This document shows, in pieces, positions 11,473 to 25,300 of a DNA stretch of 64,000 bases; position 1 is the stretch's first letter; every line of letters starts with the position of its first letter. The position numbers were made by a program, and so were the translations under genes. Below the pieces are notes generated by a model. It had not been told where the DNA came from and searched no databases. It was given only the letters and a program-made list of their open reading frames with translations. This stretch comes from Lama guanicoe (lineage: Eukaryota). The stretch spans positions 11,460,873 through 11,524,872 of the forward strand of contig MU053881.1 in the NCBI GenBank assembly GCA_013239625.1, in the 5' to 3' direction.

Positions 11473-14400
11473 GATCAAGTAGGTGCCCCTTCCTCGGAAT
11501 TAAGCAAGCTAGTGGAGGTCCTTTAGTTTCGTACCAGTTTTGATACTGTACCACTCACAGTTATACAGAATGCCTTCCTTGAATTTTGTAGCCATTTTTG
11601 TACTGGCACTCCCAATGTAAAAGCCTGACAAAGAGTGTCCCTGTAAAACTGAGTCCCTCTTACTCTTTGATACCATCTGCATCGAATCAGCAGGTGATAA
11701 CTGTTCTTTTAATAATATCCAAACTAATCCTATTAAGGCTAACAGTGGGAGTGTGGCCTACAACAACTTAGTACCAAGGTCCAAAACATAAAAGGAGATC
11801 TGGTATCCATTTAGGCCTCCAAATAATATATTTTTAACTGCAATGAAGTGGTCAATTCCCTAAAGACATTCTAAGCACCTGCCTCAATTGTTAAATGAGT
11901 TAGTTCCCCTATCAAAACCATTGGAATAGACAAATTAATTGGAAAGGAAATTCACTGTACAGCATTATGTACAATTTACTGGCTTAAATAAAACCCAACT
12001 TGAGAGATAAAGGAGGCGTCTCTTCTGTGTAGGAAGATGGAAATTCTGATGGTTAAATATGGCACATACCAATTAGGGAAAATAAAAACAGTTAATTGCA
12101 TTCATTTAGTGACCTCTCTAAGCATTTGTAAGCAACAGACATTTGCACCTTTACGTTTTCTTGAAAACCAAAAGAAAACCCACAGAGTAAGCTTTTGTAG
12201 CAATTTTTTAGAAAAGAGGACATATACTTTATTTCCTTTTGCTAGACTGATAAAAGCCTGCTGAAAAGTTTGGAATTCAAAATACGGAATTTGGCAATTT
12301 AGCTTGAATTATAAATTGATGCTTTTCACAGTTTTTATGAAATGGAAAATAATATTTATGGATATTCTATATATAGAAAGTACAGGAAAGCAAATTATAA
12401 TACACATTAACTACATTCTGACTTTGTATTTATACTAAAATCAGGTTCATTAAATAAATGACAATAAATTACATTTATTAGACATGCAATAAATGAAATA
12501 ACACAGTAAACTATCATTGAAGTCTAGCAAATTAACCAGACAGCAAATCATTCGTTTCGCTGATCCCTTTTTTGATGTGCTAAGAGACCCTAATAAGGAT
12601 AGTTGAATCATTAAACTGAGAGCTAAAGTGTGAAAACTAACACTATCTCCTAATTTGATGACAGACATGAATTGCAGCTTATATTTTATAGTTCATGACT
12701 GAGAGAAATTTCCCCATCTGTGAAGCTTTTTAGTTGCCCAAAAAAGTAGTCCCCCAAAGTATGCCCCAATGAAAGCAGTGTGGAAAAGTAGCTACACAAC
12801 TTACCAACAGTGGTAGGATAGACATTTTTAAAAATCTTCTATTTATATTAAAGAGCCTGGAACAGATTGCTTGAGAATCTGTTTGTTTGGGTTGCATTCT
12901 AGGAAAGGAAACCACATGCTCACAAATAAGCAAGAACACCATATCACCTAGGGAATGGGGAAGGTTCTCTAGTTGTTTAAGCTTAAGTGCAAGCACACAT
13001 TTTCCCATTTTCCTAAATGCATTCACAAGAAAAACGTAAGTAAAATAATTACATTCATTGTATTATACACTTATTTTTATCTTAGAATTAAGTTCATAAC
13101 TTTATCTTGATGCACTCCCAACACCAGAAGTACATATATGCATACACAGACCCATAGCTCCATCACCACACTCAAGCCCACACATTCTCTCTTGCTATCC
13201 AATCAATTCTGTTCTTGAGCTAAGACAGCAGTGAGACATGCATTGGTGCTTGTTTTTTTTTTTTTAACATTTAGCTTATCTATAGATCAAAACACTAATT
13301 TTTCCTTTTGCAGTCAATGTAATTTTGCATAAATAAGAATTGTGATTTTTGTCAATCTGCTGTCAAAATTTTTGCAGGATGTAAACTGAAGCAGAGTTCA
13401 CTTAATCAATTTCTTTTAATTCCATCTGCTTTCAGTGAATATTTAAAATTACCCTGCAATTTCTAGAAGTATTTTAAATCTTCATAATATTCTTTGTAAT
13501 TCCATTAGCCTATTCATAGCTTTTTCTTTTTAAGAAACACTTGAAAAGACCTTATATTAAAACTGTAAATTACTCTCAAAAGTAAATGGCCAGCATTGTT
13601 TGGGACTGCATTGTTAAAATTCCACAATTCTGATTTTCTATAACATTTTCAGTATACCATCATGATTCTTTTTCTTAGTATTTATGGTAACTACAACCTA
13701 TTGTGTGCCAGGCACATTGCTTGATTCTAGGCCTAAAAGATAAAGTTGTCCCTGTTTTCTTCAGGGCTATAAGCTCTACTAAATGAAGGGGACTAACTTG
13801 TTAAGTACCCTTTATCAAAATAGAAGTATAGCAGATAGGAAAAGGCGTAAGACAGTGGAAGACCTATGGGACTGATACATCACCTTCTGGGGACAAAGAA
13901 ATGCTAGAGGGATAGATAGAATGTTAGAAATGCTGAAGCAGGCCTTCAAAGACATGGTCTAACCTCGATTCCAGAGAGTCCTTTGGAATTGCTTACAAAA
14001 GATCTAAACAGTACCTTGATTTAGAGCCTCTTATTCATATTAAAGCAGGCTGACAACTTACACGTGAGTATGTGTATGTGCTCATTGTTATTTACATTGT
14101 GGTTCTGGTTTTCAGGATGCTGTTATGAAACAAATGCTGTATGTTACACAAATGTGCAATAGATCAGGATAATTAATACCTATACACGTTGTAGAGTACC
14201 TTATATAGTAAGTATTTAAACAAATTTTGAGTCAGCAGCAATCTTCTTCCCATTTTCTTGGATCTAACGTGATCTCTTTTCATAGACAAGATCCTTGAAA
14301 AAGTACAGTGAGCCAGAAAGCATATAACTGATGATTTATTAATTGATGGTTCTATGCAGCTGGTGGTACAGTGCTTCTGGCTTTAAAAGAAAAAGAAATT

Positions 14401-15349
14401 GAATATGATTGATTGAGTGCACAGAAAGAAAATAAGATACAGTAATCCAAAAAGATTTTTATAATACGACAAAATGTGCAGGTTCCTTTCTAAGAGTGAA
14501 GGTGTTATAGTTATAGAAAGAAATGTTAAAGTGCTCAGGGGCTGAAGTCTATGGTATGTTTCCCTGATTCCTTTAACAAGAACGGATTATCATTTTAAAA
14601 ATCAGTTTATTTTAATAAGTCCTTTAGTATATATTTAATTATTAAAATACAATATTCATAAGATTTTATGGTACAAAATAGGCACTCATAAACACAGTAT
14701 TAGTATTTCCCTAAACACATAAATTGGTTGATTTCCCCGCAACTACCATCCCTACAGAATGAGTACTAAGATAACACTATCGGCACTCTCAAAATTAAGG
14801 AGTTACTAATCTTTATCCTTAACATCTTCCTTCCCCACATACATGCTTCAAAGTATTCCTGGATGAAAGGCTCAATCTATATTATTTTTTAGTCTAATTT
14901 AAATATGGTTTACTTTGTTTTCATTCTATCTTTGACATAAAATAATAGTTGACTACATAGAGTATGTGTCTGTGTGTGCACGTGCGTGTGTTATAATTTT
15001 ATGGAATTTTAAGAATATTGATTCTGTGTTACTGATTGAGCTAACAGGTAAGGTATCATCGACTTTCATAGTCCTTTTACTTTCACCTTTAGTTACCCAC
15101 TTTTCCTCCTTTTGACAGTAGAGAAAAAGAGCACTGTTTCCTTTACATGAAAGTTTCCTGGGCTCTGATATTAAAAGGACCCCCTTTTTCCTTTTCATGA
15201 CTTATTTGTAAATACACAGATTTTCTTAGTTATCTCTTTAACAAGTATACTCCAAAGACAATCGCCTTCACAAAATTTTGAAAAAAGAAAAAATATTAAG
15301 AAGAAAATGTAGGTCGTCATAAATACCTCCATTGTGTGTGTGCGTATCA

Positions 15350-15920
15350 CTTACTTCCAGAAGTGCACATTTATGTGTGCTTATCTCACAAAAGTGGTAT
15401 CATAAGGCCCATGTGGTTGGGTAAACTGCTTTGATTATATATCCTAAAGATTTTGCTCACATCATAACATGTTTTTCTAAATCATGATTTTAATTAGCCA
15501 TGTATATTTCAGCATATTGGAGGTAACATAATTTATTCATTCAATCTTCTAAGCTTTTAGATTAGCTCTCAGATTTTGTGAATTTTCATTCTTTTAAATA
15601 ATGATATGAAAAATATCCTTATACTTAAATGTTCCTACACACATCTGATTATTTTATTAAGTTAAAGGGAAGAACTATATTCAAAGGTAAGAACATTTTA
15701 ATAGCATTGATGATTCTTGTCAAATGACTCTCCAGTATGGTTGTCCAAGTCTAGGTCCAATGTACAAAGACACCGTATGTGAGTTACTATTTTTCTATAC
15801 TTTTGTTAACAATAGATATTTAACATCAATTAAAATATGACAAACAAGAAGTATAATATTTAAATTTTGTATTTTTTATCTACTAAAGATAGCTAAAGAT
15901 GGTCTTATGTGTTATTTTGT
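15350..15920 (-). mobile_element. Highly diverged L1ME-like fragment
   Basis: Antisense L1 3'-like motifs 'aacataatttattcattcaatctt' and 'aaggtaagaacatttt...tgtcaaatgactctccag'. Confidence 0.5.
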
Positions 15921-16494
15921 AAATTGACATTTTTATTTTGGAATAATAAAGATTTCTTCAAAATCTGTCTTAAATATAGAGGCACTAAATGGTAAGAGGG
16001 AAAAAAGGAGACACTTTTACAAGTCAGAGAGAAATATATGCATTCTTCCAAATTGCTATGTGTATAAATTTGGACACACTGCAGTTATTTGATAAATCAC
16101 TGTTGATTTTTAACCTGACAGTAAAAACTTTAAATGATACCTTCATCAAGCGATAACTGATAAGCCAATGGTAGGTCCAAACCTAATGCTAGAATAGCCA
16201 TCACAGACTAAGCAATAAACATAAGTTTCATCTAAAAGTAATTGAAAACACATATTTCTAAATATCTTGTAAAAGTACTTGATGATATTATTTATAATGC
16301 AAGGTAAAAATACAGAACTCAGTGACATTATGTAAAGTATAAAAAGTTTCCATTTCAACAAATTTCTTTTCCCTTTGAGAACAGAAATAGCCATTTTTAG
16401 CTTACTTACTGTATGTTAAGAACAAGATCCACATTTAAAGGAGAAAAATGAATCTAACAGATTACAAATTACATGGGACATTTTAAGTAAATGT

Positions 16495-16870
16495 CGGCCA
16501 TCTGAGTTTTATCCAAGTACAATGGGAAACCAGTGAATGGTCTTAATCAGGGGACTGACATCAGCTGACAGGATTTTAAAAGATCACATTCTGGCTGCTA
16601 TGGGAAGAGTCAATTGTTGGAAGGCAAAAGTAAAAGCTGGGAGACAGTTTAAGAGGTTACTGCTAGCGTCCCAGGAGAGAAACAGCCATAGCTCGGACCA
16701 GGGTGGTAACACAAGTAAAGGAGAGAAGAAAGTATCTTGGTGCTGGTTAGTCTTGCTGATAGATTAAATGTAACAGGTGAAGGAGAGACTTCATGCTAAC
16801 TCCTAAATTTTTGGTTTAAGCACTTGATGATGTCATTCATGAAGACAGAGAAGGCTAAGGTAAGAATGTG
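16495..16870 (-). mobile_element. L2 fragment
   Basis: Contains 'aatgggaaaccagtgaatggtcttaatcagggga' and 'ttttaaaagatcacattctggctgct...aagctgggagacagtttaagagg'. Confidence 0.8.
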
Positions 16871-16930
16871 TATGGAGGAGTGAATAGATGCAGATTAAAT
16901 GCTCATTTGCAAGAAGGAAAAAGAGGCTAT

Positions 16931-19241
16931 TGAGCCATTTTGAATGCAAAGTCCCTATGTCAGTCCCTAGTCAAGAATTTGTAAATGCTACCTTCTACAG
17001 AAACAGAGCTTTGCAGATGTGGTTAAGAATCTCATGACGGGGAGATTATCCTGGATTGTCCCTGTGGGCCTTAAATGTGACCATGTGTGTCCTTTAGCAG
17101 GTGGAGGGGTGAAGTAAAGGGCAGAGGGAGATCACACACATGCAAAGGAGAAGGCAATGTGAAGATGGAGCAGAGAGAGATTTAGAAATATTGACCTTCA
17201 AAAGTGGAGTAACGTGACTGTAGCCAAAGAATGTCAGCAGCCACTAGAAGCTGATAGACGCGAGCAAATTTCTTCCTAGAACCTCCAGAGGAACTATGGT
17301 CATGCCGACAGCAGGATTTCAGTCCACTGATGCTGATTTAAGACTTCTGGCCTTTAGAACAAATTCTGTTGTTTTAAGTCATTGAATTTATGCTAACTTG
17401 TTATATCAGCCACAGTAAATTAAAACAGATTTTGATACTAACAAATTCCAGAAAATATAGAAGTGCCTTTACGACTGGGTGAAGAGCAGAGAATCTGGAA
17501 TAATTTTGAGACGCATGACAGAAAAAGTCTAGATTGCCTTGAATGGACTATTGGTAGAATTATGGATGATTGAGCCATTTCTAGAGAGGTCTCAGAAGGA
17601 AATAAAGAGCATGCTATTGGAAATTGGTGGAAAGTTGATCCTTATTATATAGTATTAGAAGATATAGCAGGAACATGCCCTGTAGTTGTGTGGAAAGCAG
17701 AACTCGTAAATAATGAACTTGGATATTCAGCTGAGACTTCAAAGATAAGTGTTCAAGGTGCAGTAAAAATGCAAGGGGAAACAGAAACATTGAGGGAAGA
17801 ACTGTTAAACAGAAATGAACCAGGATTTAATGATCTGAGAAATCCTCAATCCATCGAAATTGCAAAAGATGCTAAAATTATGAGATCAACTGTTAGGAAA
17901 ATAAACTCTCATTATAAAGCCAAGAGTGTGGCTGCACCACAATTGGCTGGTGCCTCAAAACAATCAAAGGTTCAGCTATCCTCTCACAGAGATGGTTTTT
18001 AAAGAGGTTAAGCATGTGGCTCATGGATCCACTCAGCCCTCTCAGCAGAAGTCAGGAACAAAGATGGGATTATTCAGAAAAGTTACATGGAAGGTTCTCT
18101 TGTCTAATGGTATGAATCTACATGACATACACAGAAGACAAGATCTGAGAAATGCTTATCAGTAGAAACACTGCCAGCGTGGCCTGAAAGGAACAAAAGA
18201 TAAGATGAAGGAAGTGTAACCCCAACTGGAGAGCCTTAGGTCCAGAGGCCAGAACTCTGAGTACAGGAGCAGGTGCCAGATCCGTATATGCAGAGGCCAG
18301 AGTCATGGGTCCAAAAGCCAGAGCCTTAGGATTATTCTCTGGCCTTGAAACTAATGGAAACTATCTGCTTGGATTTTGAAAATGCTTGGGGGCTAGTGAG
18401 TCATTTTTTTCCCTTCAATTTTCCCCCTTTTTGAAGTAAGAACGTATATAACTGTTACCCTATGCCTGTCCCAGCACTGCATTTTGGAAGAAGATAACTT
18501 GTTTCCTTGTTTCACAAACCTGGAGATGGAGAGAAATTTTGCCACAGGATGAATCATATCCAGACTCCAACTATCAACTGAGTTAAATTATTTAGATGAT
18601 GAAATTTGGGACTTTGGGGCTCATTATACTTAGCTGAGATTTTTATACTTCAGTCAATGCTCTTAACGAGTTGAGATTTTTCAGTATGCTGAAATGGGAC
18701 AAAGATGTTTTGCATGAGGATGGATGTGAATCTTTGTGCACCAGATGATGGAATGTGGTTGGGTGAATAAAGCCCTCCCCCAAAAGATGTCCACATCCTA
18801 ATCCCTCATATCTCTGAACGTTACCTTTTGTATCAAAAAGGAACTTTGTAGATGTGATTAAATTAAGGATGAAGATGGGAGACTATTCTGTAGCATCCAG
18901 GTGGGCCTTAAATGCTATCACTTACTGTGTCCTTATAAGAGAGAGGCAGAGATAAAGTTAAGACAGAAGAGTAGAAGGCAATGTGGCCATGGAAGCAGAG
19001 AATGGAGTGATGAAGCCACAAGCAAAGGAATGTTGGTCACCACTGAAAGATGAAGGAGGAAAAAACAGATTTTCTTCTAGAGCCTCCAGGAGGAATGTGG
19101 CCCTGCTAATATTTTTATTTCAGCCCAGTGATACAGATGCCTAATTTCTGACCTCAAGAACTGTGAAGGAATGAACTTCTGTTGTTTTCAATCACCTGGT
19201 TTGTGGTAATTTGTCACAGCAGCCACCGGAAAAAAAATACA
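16931..19241 (+). mobile_element. MaLR provirus: MLT1D-like LTR (about 16931-17428), MLT1 internal region (about 17429-18753), second LTR (18754-19241)
   Basis: Two similar LTRs share 'tttg(c/t)agatgtg.ttaa', 'gggccttaaatg', 'agaaggcaatgtg', 'ttctgttgtttt' and 'cagccac'. They flank an internal region with MLT-int motifs 'taatgaacttggatattcagctga' and 'gttaccctatgcctgtcccagcactgcattttggaag'. Confidence 0.85.
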
Positions 19242-19629
19242 CTGTGAAAAAAATAATTCCAAAATTAACTTTATTATCATTAATTTCAGAACTTCTTTTT
19301 TTTTTCTCACTATGTATTAGTGATTTAAAGATCTTACCCAATGTATACCTTATTTGACTGGGCAGGACACTCTGACAAGACTACTCAACAAAACCTTTTT
19401 GAAGCCAATGGCCCTGGGTACCATAGCCAGTTTATTCCAATGCTGTATCTTAGTTTTCTGCTCCTTCCCATGTGTAGAACTTAAGACTAGTGACCTGTGC
19501 CTTCCAAAGGCTGGCAGTTGTACCTGAAGATTTGTAAAGTAGGCTGCTGTAAAGTTCTAATACCATTTTTTAGGGTCGGGAGAGGGAAGCGTTAGGGATA
19601 TAAGGTGTCTTTGCTCTGCACTTCGTATC

Positions 19630-19812
19630 AAAAATAAAACCTAAATTTAGAAACAGACTCACAGACATAATAAACAATCTTAAACAGGGAAAGGAGATGG
19701 GGAGGCATAAATTTGGGAGTTTGAGATTTGCTAATGTTAACCACTATATTATAAAAACAGATTTTAAAAAAACAAATTTCTTCTGTATAGCATAGGAACC
19801 ATACTCAATATC
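19630..19812 (+). mobile_element. Young lineage-type L1 3'UTR fragment
   Basis: Reads 'agaaacagactcacagacata...ataaatttgggagtttgagattt...ttctgtatagcataggaaccatactcaatatc'. Same family as the L1 at 46473-46701. Confidence 0.75.
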
Positions 19813-21552
19813 CCTAAGACACAACAATAATACAATTAGGGCAATTAATAACCCTACAATAGCCTCCAAGTGTTCAAATAAAAGGAAGAGTTACATGGCT
19901 GTCATTTGAAATCAAACGTTAGAATGATTAAGCTTAGTGAGGAAGGCATGCCAAAAGCAGAGACAGGCCAAAAGCTAGTCCTCTTGCACCAAACAGTTAC
20001 TGCAGAGAAGAAGTTATCGAAGGGAATTAAAAGTGTGACTCCAGAGAAGAAGTTATTGAAGGGAATTAAAAGTGTGACTCCAGAGAACATAGGGGTGATA
20101 AGAAAGCTAAATAGCCCATTGCTGATAGAAAGTTTTAGTGGTCTGGATAGAAGATCTAACCACCCACAATACTCCTTTAAGCCAAAGCCTACTCCAGAGC
20201 ATGGCCCTCTCCCCAATTCCAGAAAGGCTGAGAGAGGCAGGAAAGCTGTAGAAGAGAAGTCTGAAGCTAGCAGAGGTTGGTTCACAAGTTTAAGGAGAGA
20301 AGCCATCTCCCTAACATAAAAGTGCAAGGTGAAGTAGTAAATGCTTGATGTAGAAGCCACAGCAAGTTATCCAGAAGATCTAGCTAATTCATGAAGGGGA
20401 CTACACTAAATAACAGATTTTCAGTGTAAATAAATCAGATTTATAATGGAAGAAGACACCATGCACAACTTTAATAGCTAGAGAAGAGAAGTCGATGCTT
20501 GGCTTTGAAGCTTAAAGAACAAGCTGATGCTTACATTAAAAGATAATGCAGCTAGAGACTTTAAGTTGAAGCCAGTTCTGACCATTCAGGAAATCCTAGG
20601 ATGCTTAAGAATTATGCTAAATCTACTCTGTTTTGCTCTATAAATAGAAGAACAAAGCCTGGATGACAGTACATCTGTTTATAATATGGCTTACTGAATA
20701 TTTTAAGCCCACTGTTGAGACCTACTGTCAGAAGAAAAAGATTTGTCTTCCAAATATTACTGTCCCTTGACAATGCACCTGGTCACCCTAGAGTTCTGAT
20801 GCAGGTATACGAGGAGATTAATTTTATTTCATGCCCCGTAACGCAGCATCCATTCTGCAGCCCATGGGTCAAGAAGTCATTTTGACTTTCAGGTCTTAGT
20901 CTTCAAGAAATTTGTTTCATAAGGCTGTTGCTTCCATAGATAGCAATTCCTCTGATGGATCCAGGCAAAGTGAATAGAAATCTTCTAAAAACAGTACTCA
21001 CCATTCTAGATGCCATTAATAACATTTGTGATTCACAGAAAGAGGTCAGAAGACACTAACAGGTGTCTGGAAAGAAGTTGATTCTGACCCTCATGAATGT
21101 TATGGAGGAGTTCAAGACTTCAGCAGAGGAACTAACTACAGATGTGGTAGAAATAGCAAGAGAACTAGAATTATCAGATCCTGAAGATGTGAGTAAAGTG
21201 CTTGACTCTCATGATAAAACTTTAATGGATGAAGAGATGCCTCCTACGGATGAGCAAAGAAAATGGTTTCTTGAGACAAACTCTACACCTAGTGAAAGAC
21301 TCCTTAAAGACTGTTGAAATGACAACAAAGGATTTAGAATATTACATAAACTTTAGTTGATAAAGAAGGGGCAGGATTTGGCAGGACTGACTCTCAATGC
21401 TATTTATTGCACACTTAACAGATTGCAGTACACTATAAACACAGCTTTTATATGCACTAAGAAACCAAAAAAATTGTTACTCACTTCATTGCGATCTTTG
21501 CTTTATTGGGGTAGGTTGGAACAGAACCTACAGTATCTCAGAGGTATCCCTG
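19813..21552 (+). mobile_element. Tigger1 DNA transposon, 5'-truncated, with degraded pogo-like transposase
   Basis: ORF remnant MIKLSEEGMPKAETGQKL...KSEASRGWFTSLRR resembles the CENP-B/Tigger HTH. A DDE-region remnant 'cttgacaatgcacctggtcaccc' encodes LDNAPGHP. The 3' TIR 'gaggtatccctg' is followed by TA. Confidence 0.92.
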
Positions 21553-21559
21553 TATGTTG

Positions 21560-21675
21560 ATGGATGTTAGTTAGACTTATTGTGGTGATCATTTTGTAAT
21601 ATATGTAAGCATTGAATCATTATGTTGTACACCTGAAACTAGTACAATTTTGTATGTCAATAAAAATAATAAAAC
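21560..21675 (+). mobile_element. L1MA-like 3' terminus
   Basis: Reads 'cttattgtggtgatcattttgtaatatatg...tcattatgttgtacacctgaaacta...tatgtcaat', followed by an A-rich tail. Confidence 0.8.
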
Positions 21676-21874
21676 AGTTCACTTTGTTTATTATAACACT
21701 TAAATGCGTATCAAGTGTTTTACAACTCTGTTTTTGAAATTTAATTTTAAGATTAACTCAGGCTTCTCTCAGAAACTGAGATGCCCTGTTGATAAAGACC
21801 TTGTGTATGACTGTATTCTGTGCAATAATCTAGTAAAAAAAGTGCATATAATTTAAGTCTGCCTATTCTTTAAC

Positions 21875-22125
21875 CTAATATTTGAGTGTCTATTTTGTAT
21901 GTCAGGCATCAACATAGGAACTGCAGATATATGAGTCCAGAACTCCTTGCCTTCATCAAGTTCACATTCTAGGGCAACTGACCATTAATAATGACATCTG
22001 ATTAAAGAGAAAGAGGGATAGTTAATATTAAGTGGAAGAAATAGTTGTGAGTAGGGGAAAAAGGCTTTCTATTTTAAATGGAAATTAGAGAACACAGGCC
22101 TCACTGACAGTCAGACATCTGAACC
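21875..22125 (-). mobile_element. L2 3' fragment
   Basis: Reads 'tatttgagtgtctattttgtatgtcaggcat...ccttgccttcatcaagttcacattctag'. Confidence 0.6.
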
Positions 22126-22266
22126 AAAATTATTCACTTGTGCTACTTTCCCTGTTGTCCTCTGTGCATCAAAATTCTAGTAAGTGTTTTGGTGGAGGAC
22201 ACGTAGGGACATCTGACAAAGGGCTTTATATGCCCCACTGAAGTTAACTGAAACATTTAAAAATAA

Positions 22267-22269
<3 letters not shown>

Positions 22270-22301
<32 letters not shown>
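22270..22301. repeat. (TA)n microsatellite
   Basis: Perfect TA run. Confidence 0.95.
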
Positions 22302-22303
<2 letters not shown>

Positions 22304-25300
22304 TCTACAATTTTCTAGAACGGAATCAAATATAAGCTTGATCACATTGTGAATCCTCTTCTCCAAGTAAACGAATCTCAGTCTTCCAAACAAAGGAGTA
22401 GATTTAGTCAAGAGAATTTGCTTGAAAAGTACAACCCGTTCATCATAACAGCAAAGGCAATATTTTCAGGCCTGGCACATCCACCCACTGGCATAGGAAA
22501 AAAAATCTCAAACTTGGTCAAATCATCAGTTAAGTCATTTGGCTGACTGGCTAGACCCAAACACGTCCTTGGACTCTGTGCACAAGGCTTTGAGGACTTC
22601 CACTCCTGCTGGGAAAGCTGCAGGTCATTACCACATAAAACTGCCTCTGCTGTTACATATTTCAAATTAGTATCCTTTCTTCCTTACCCTCCCTCCGTTT
22701 CCAGACTACTGGTGCCCTTCCCACTGTGCATAAAATTAAGCATTAGATGGCTGCTTAGTAATCATTATGTGGTTTGTTTGTTTATTTTTGGAAGTGCATA
22801 TGGGGGGTGATTTTACAATTATCTTTATTCTCTGTAATTAATTTCCAGAGCATTAAATGTAAATTAGCCCTCTGTGTGAAGTGTCAGTGCTATCACCTAA
22901 GCAAGGAACGAGGTTCAACTTCCTAAACCATGGGAGAATTTTCTCTACCACATTCTGTTAACTCATCGTGGAGGGAAATGCTAAACGTGAAAAAGGGAAA
23001 AAACGCAAACCTGAGGAAGCTAATCTTGCTCTCTTTGGCTTCATCACTTCCCAAGCTCATAATTGCTTTCTACAGCTTGTGGTAAATCCTTGAAGGATCA
23101 GCACCAGATGCTGCAGCACAAAGTAAGATGAGATCTAAATTTCCAATAGGACGGGAAGCCCTGGTTTGATGACTATTAACCCCAGTGGTCAGTTTATTCA
23201 GAGTGGAGCATGGAGCAATTTCAAATGCACAATGAGCTCAGGTGCCTGAATGTGCTTAGAATTTCTTGGGCATTTTAAGGCCAACTTTAGCAATTTCCAC
23301 ATGAAAACAACATAGTGAAACGCTGTTGGAAAAACAATGTAAAATTTTTAGTCACTATGTTGTCCTTTCCTTTACCATGGACTGATATGAACCTCCTACA
23401 CTAAGTATGATTAATGTACAGGCAACATATCTTATTGGAATATGTCCTATTACATGCAAGTTTCTGTGGTGATCTGTTCATTTTAATCACTAGATTTAAA
23501 ACTCTTAGATGGGACTGTCCACAGAAATAGCCCAATTAAGTATGCCCTCTCCCTTCTCTCTGGCCAACATACCAAATATGTTGCTAAAACATTTTAGAAT
23601 GGAGATAGCCTTAAATATTGGAAACATTTAAAGCCCAAATTTCACATTTCTTGCATCTGATCATGTGATTAATGGAACTCTCTGGTCCCATTGATAAACA
23701 AGTATCATCCTTACAATCATGGGACCAGTACCAGAGTATGTCACCCAAGTGCTGTGTTTGTTTTAGAGATATTTTCAATGTCTATTCCAGATGCTTTATA
23801 ACATTTTGTTACAAGAGCCAATACTGAAGTTGTGATAAAATCTTATGGAAGAAAACATGTAAATTCTCCGCTTTTTTCTTTGTTCTTATCTTTAATAAAT
23901 ATGTTTCGGTTGTGCAAATCACAATAGGAACAAAGATAAAACAAAGGAGGCAATCTAAGTGAACCTACAAGAAAGTGGCCTTATTCTAAGATACTGTTAA
24001 GTGGATCACTTTTGCTACTAGTATCTTGAATGTATTTAATGTATGGTTCTAAACTGTGCTCAAGTCTAAGGGTGAAACAAATGCCTGATATTACTGTTTC
24101 TATCTGCTTTAATCATTGAGGTCCTATCTCTTGCTCATAATAACTTTGCCACTAGGTGGAAACCTTTAAAAGATGATAGCTGTTTCTTTTTCAACAGTAT
24201 CAGATTTATCTCTAACATGAACATTGTAAGAAGTTTAACATTTCTGTTTCTTCTGAATTAAAAAAAAAAAGGACCTCTAAGAGGCTCTGAAACAATTGGG
24301 AATTTAATTTGGTTTAAATTTAAATTATCTTTGAAATGATTTTTTGAGAAAAGCCATTCAGAACATACTAAAAGCCTGAATTAAAGTTCAGTCCAAAAGC
24401 ATTTGGAAAAGTCTTCATTTTGCTTCTGTCCATTTTCTGTATCTAGTGTTATGCCTTAATATGATTTTATTTTGCATTTTCTACCCAATAATACTATACA
24501 ATAGTTAGCATATTGAAACCATCCACATCTGCTTGAGAGGTTCATTAGGCCCTTAACTAGATCTTTATTTGATTTAGGCCTTAGAGCACTTGGCATTCCA
24601 TTTCTCATGAAGTTTCCTGTTCATGCTCTGAGCTAGTTTCAACCTTAGAGAAGCCAAAACAAGCACCCTTCGCAGTGAGTACAGCTTTTACTACCATCAT
24701 TTTAGCTAAAACTCTGCTTTGTCCCATTATTAAAGTGCAAATAAAATTTTAAAAACTTTAAACGTATACATGTCCTCATGCGTCCATACCCAGTCACTCT
24801 GAACTTAAAGCTGCTTGGACTTATTCCCTAACCAAAGCCTCAAAAAACTACCTTAAAAAAAAAAAGTTGAAATTCATTAAAGCACTATAGTTGCAGAAGT
24901 GGAAAATAAACTGGCACAGATTCCAGAGTAATTTCTTGGGATTATTTAGAACACACTGGAACATTTATGTTACTGAAGCAGTTAAGCAAACTGTGTGACT
25001 GGGTTTTTACAACTTATTTGTGGAGGATTTGAGAGCAGCTGACCCTGATTCTCAGAGCCACACTACTACAAACGTAATTAAAGTTAATCATTCATAATAT
25101 CTGAGTGGTATCTGGAGGAACAAGAGAGAATTGTTCCCAACAGTTGAGTATTGTGCAGCTAACTGGTAGCACTCAGGAATCTTTTGGCCACCCCCTCAAG
25201 CATCTGGCAATAACTTCTGCTGACAGCAGGCGAACAGATTTGATGGATCAGTATTGAATCTGGAATGGAAATGTTATTTTCCCTAATGTACCCATATCCC

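Noticed and set aside
19902..20360. Longest ORFs (152 aa minus, 137 aa plus) as genes or a domesticated transposase
   Set aside because: They are Tigger1 remnants and their antisense. The rest of the transposase is broken by stops and frameshifts.
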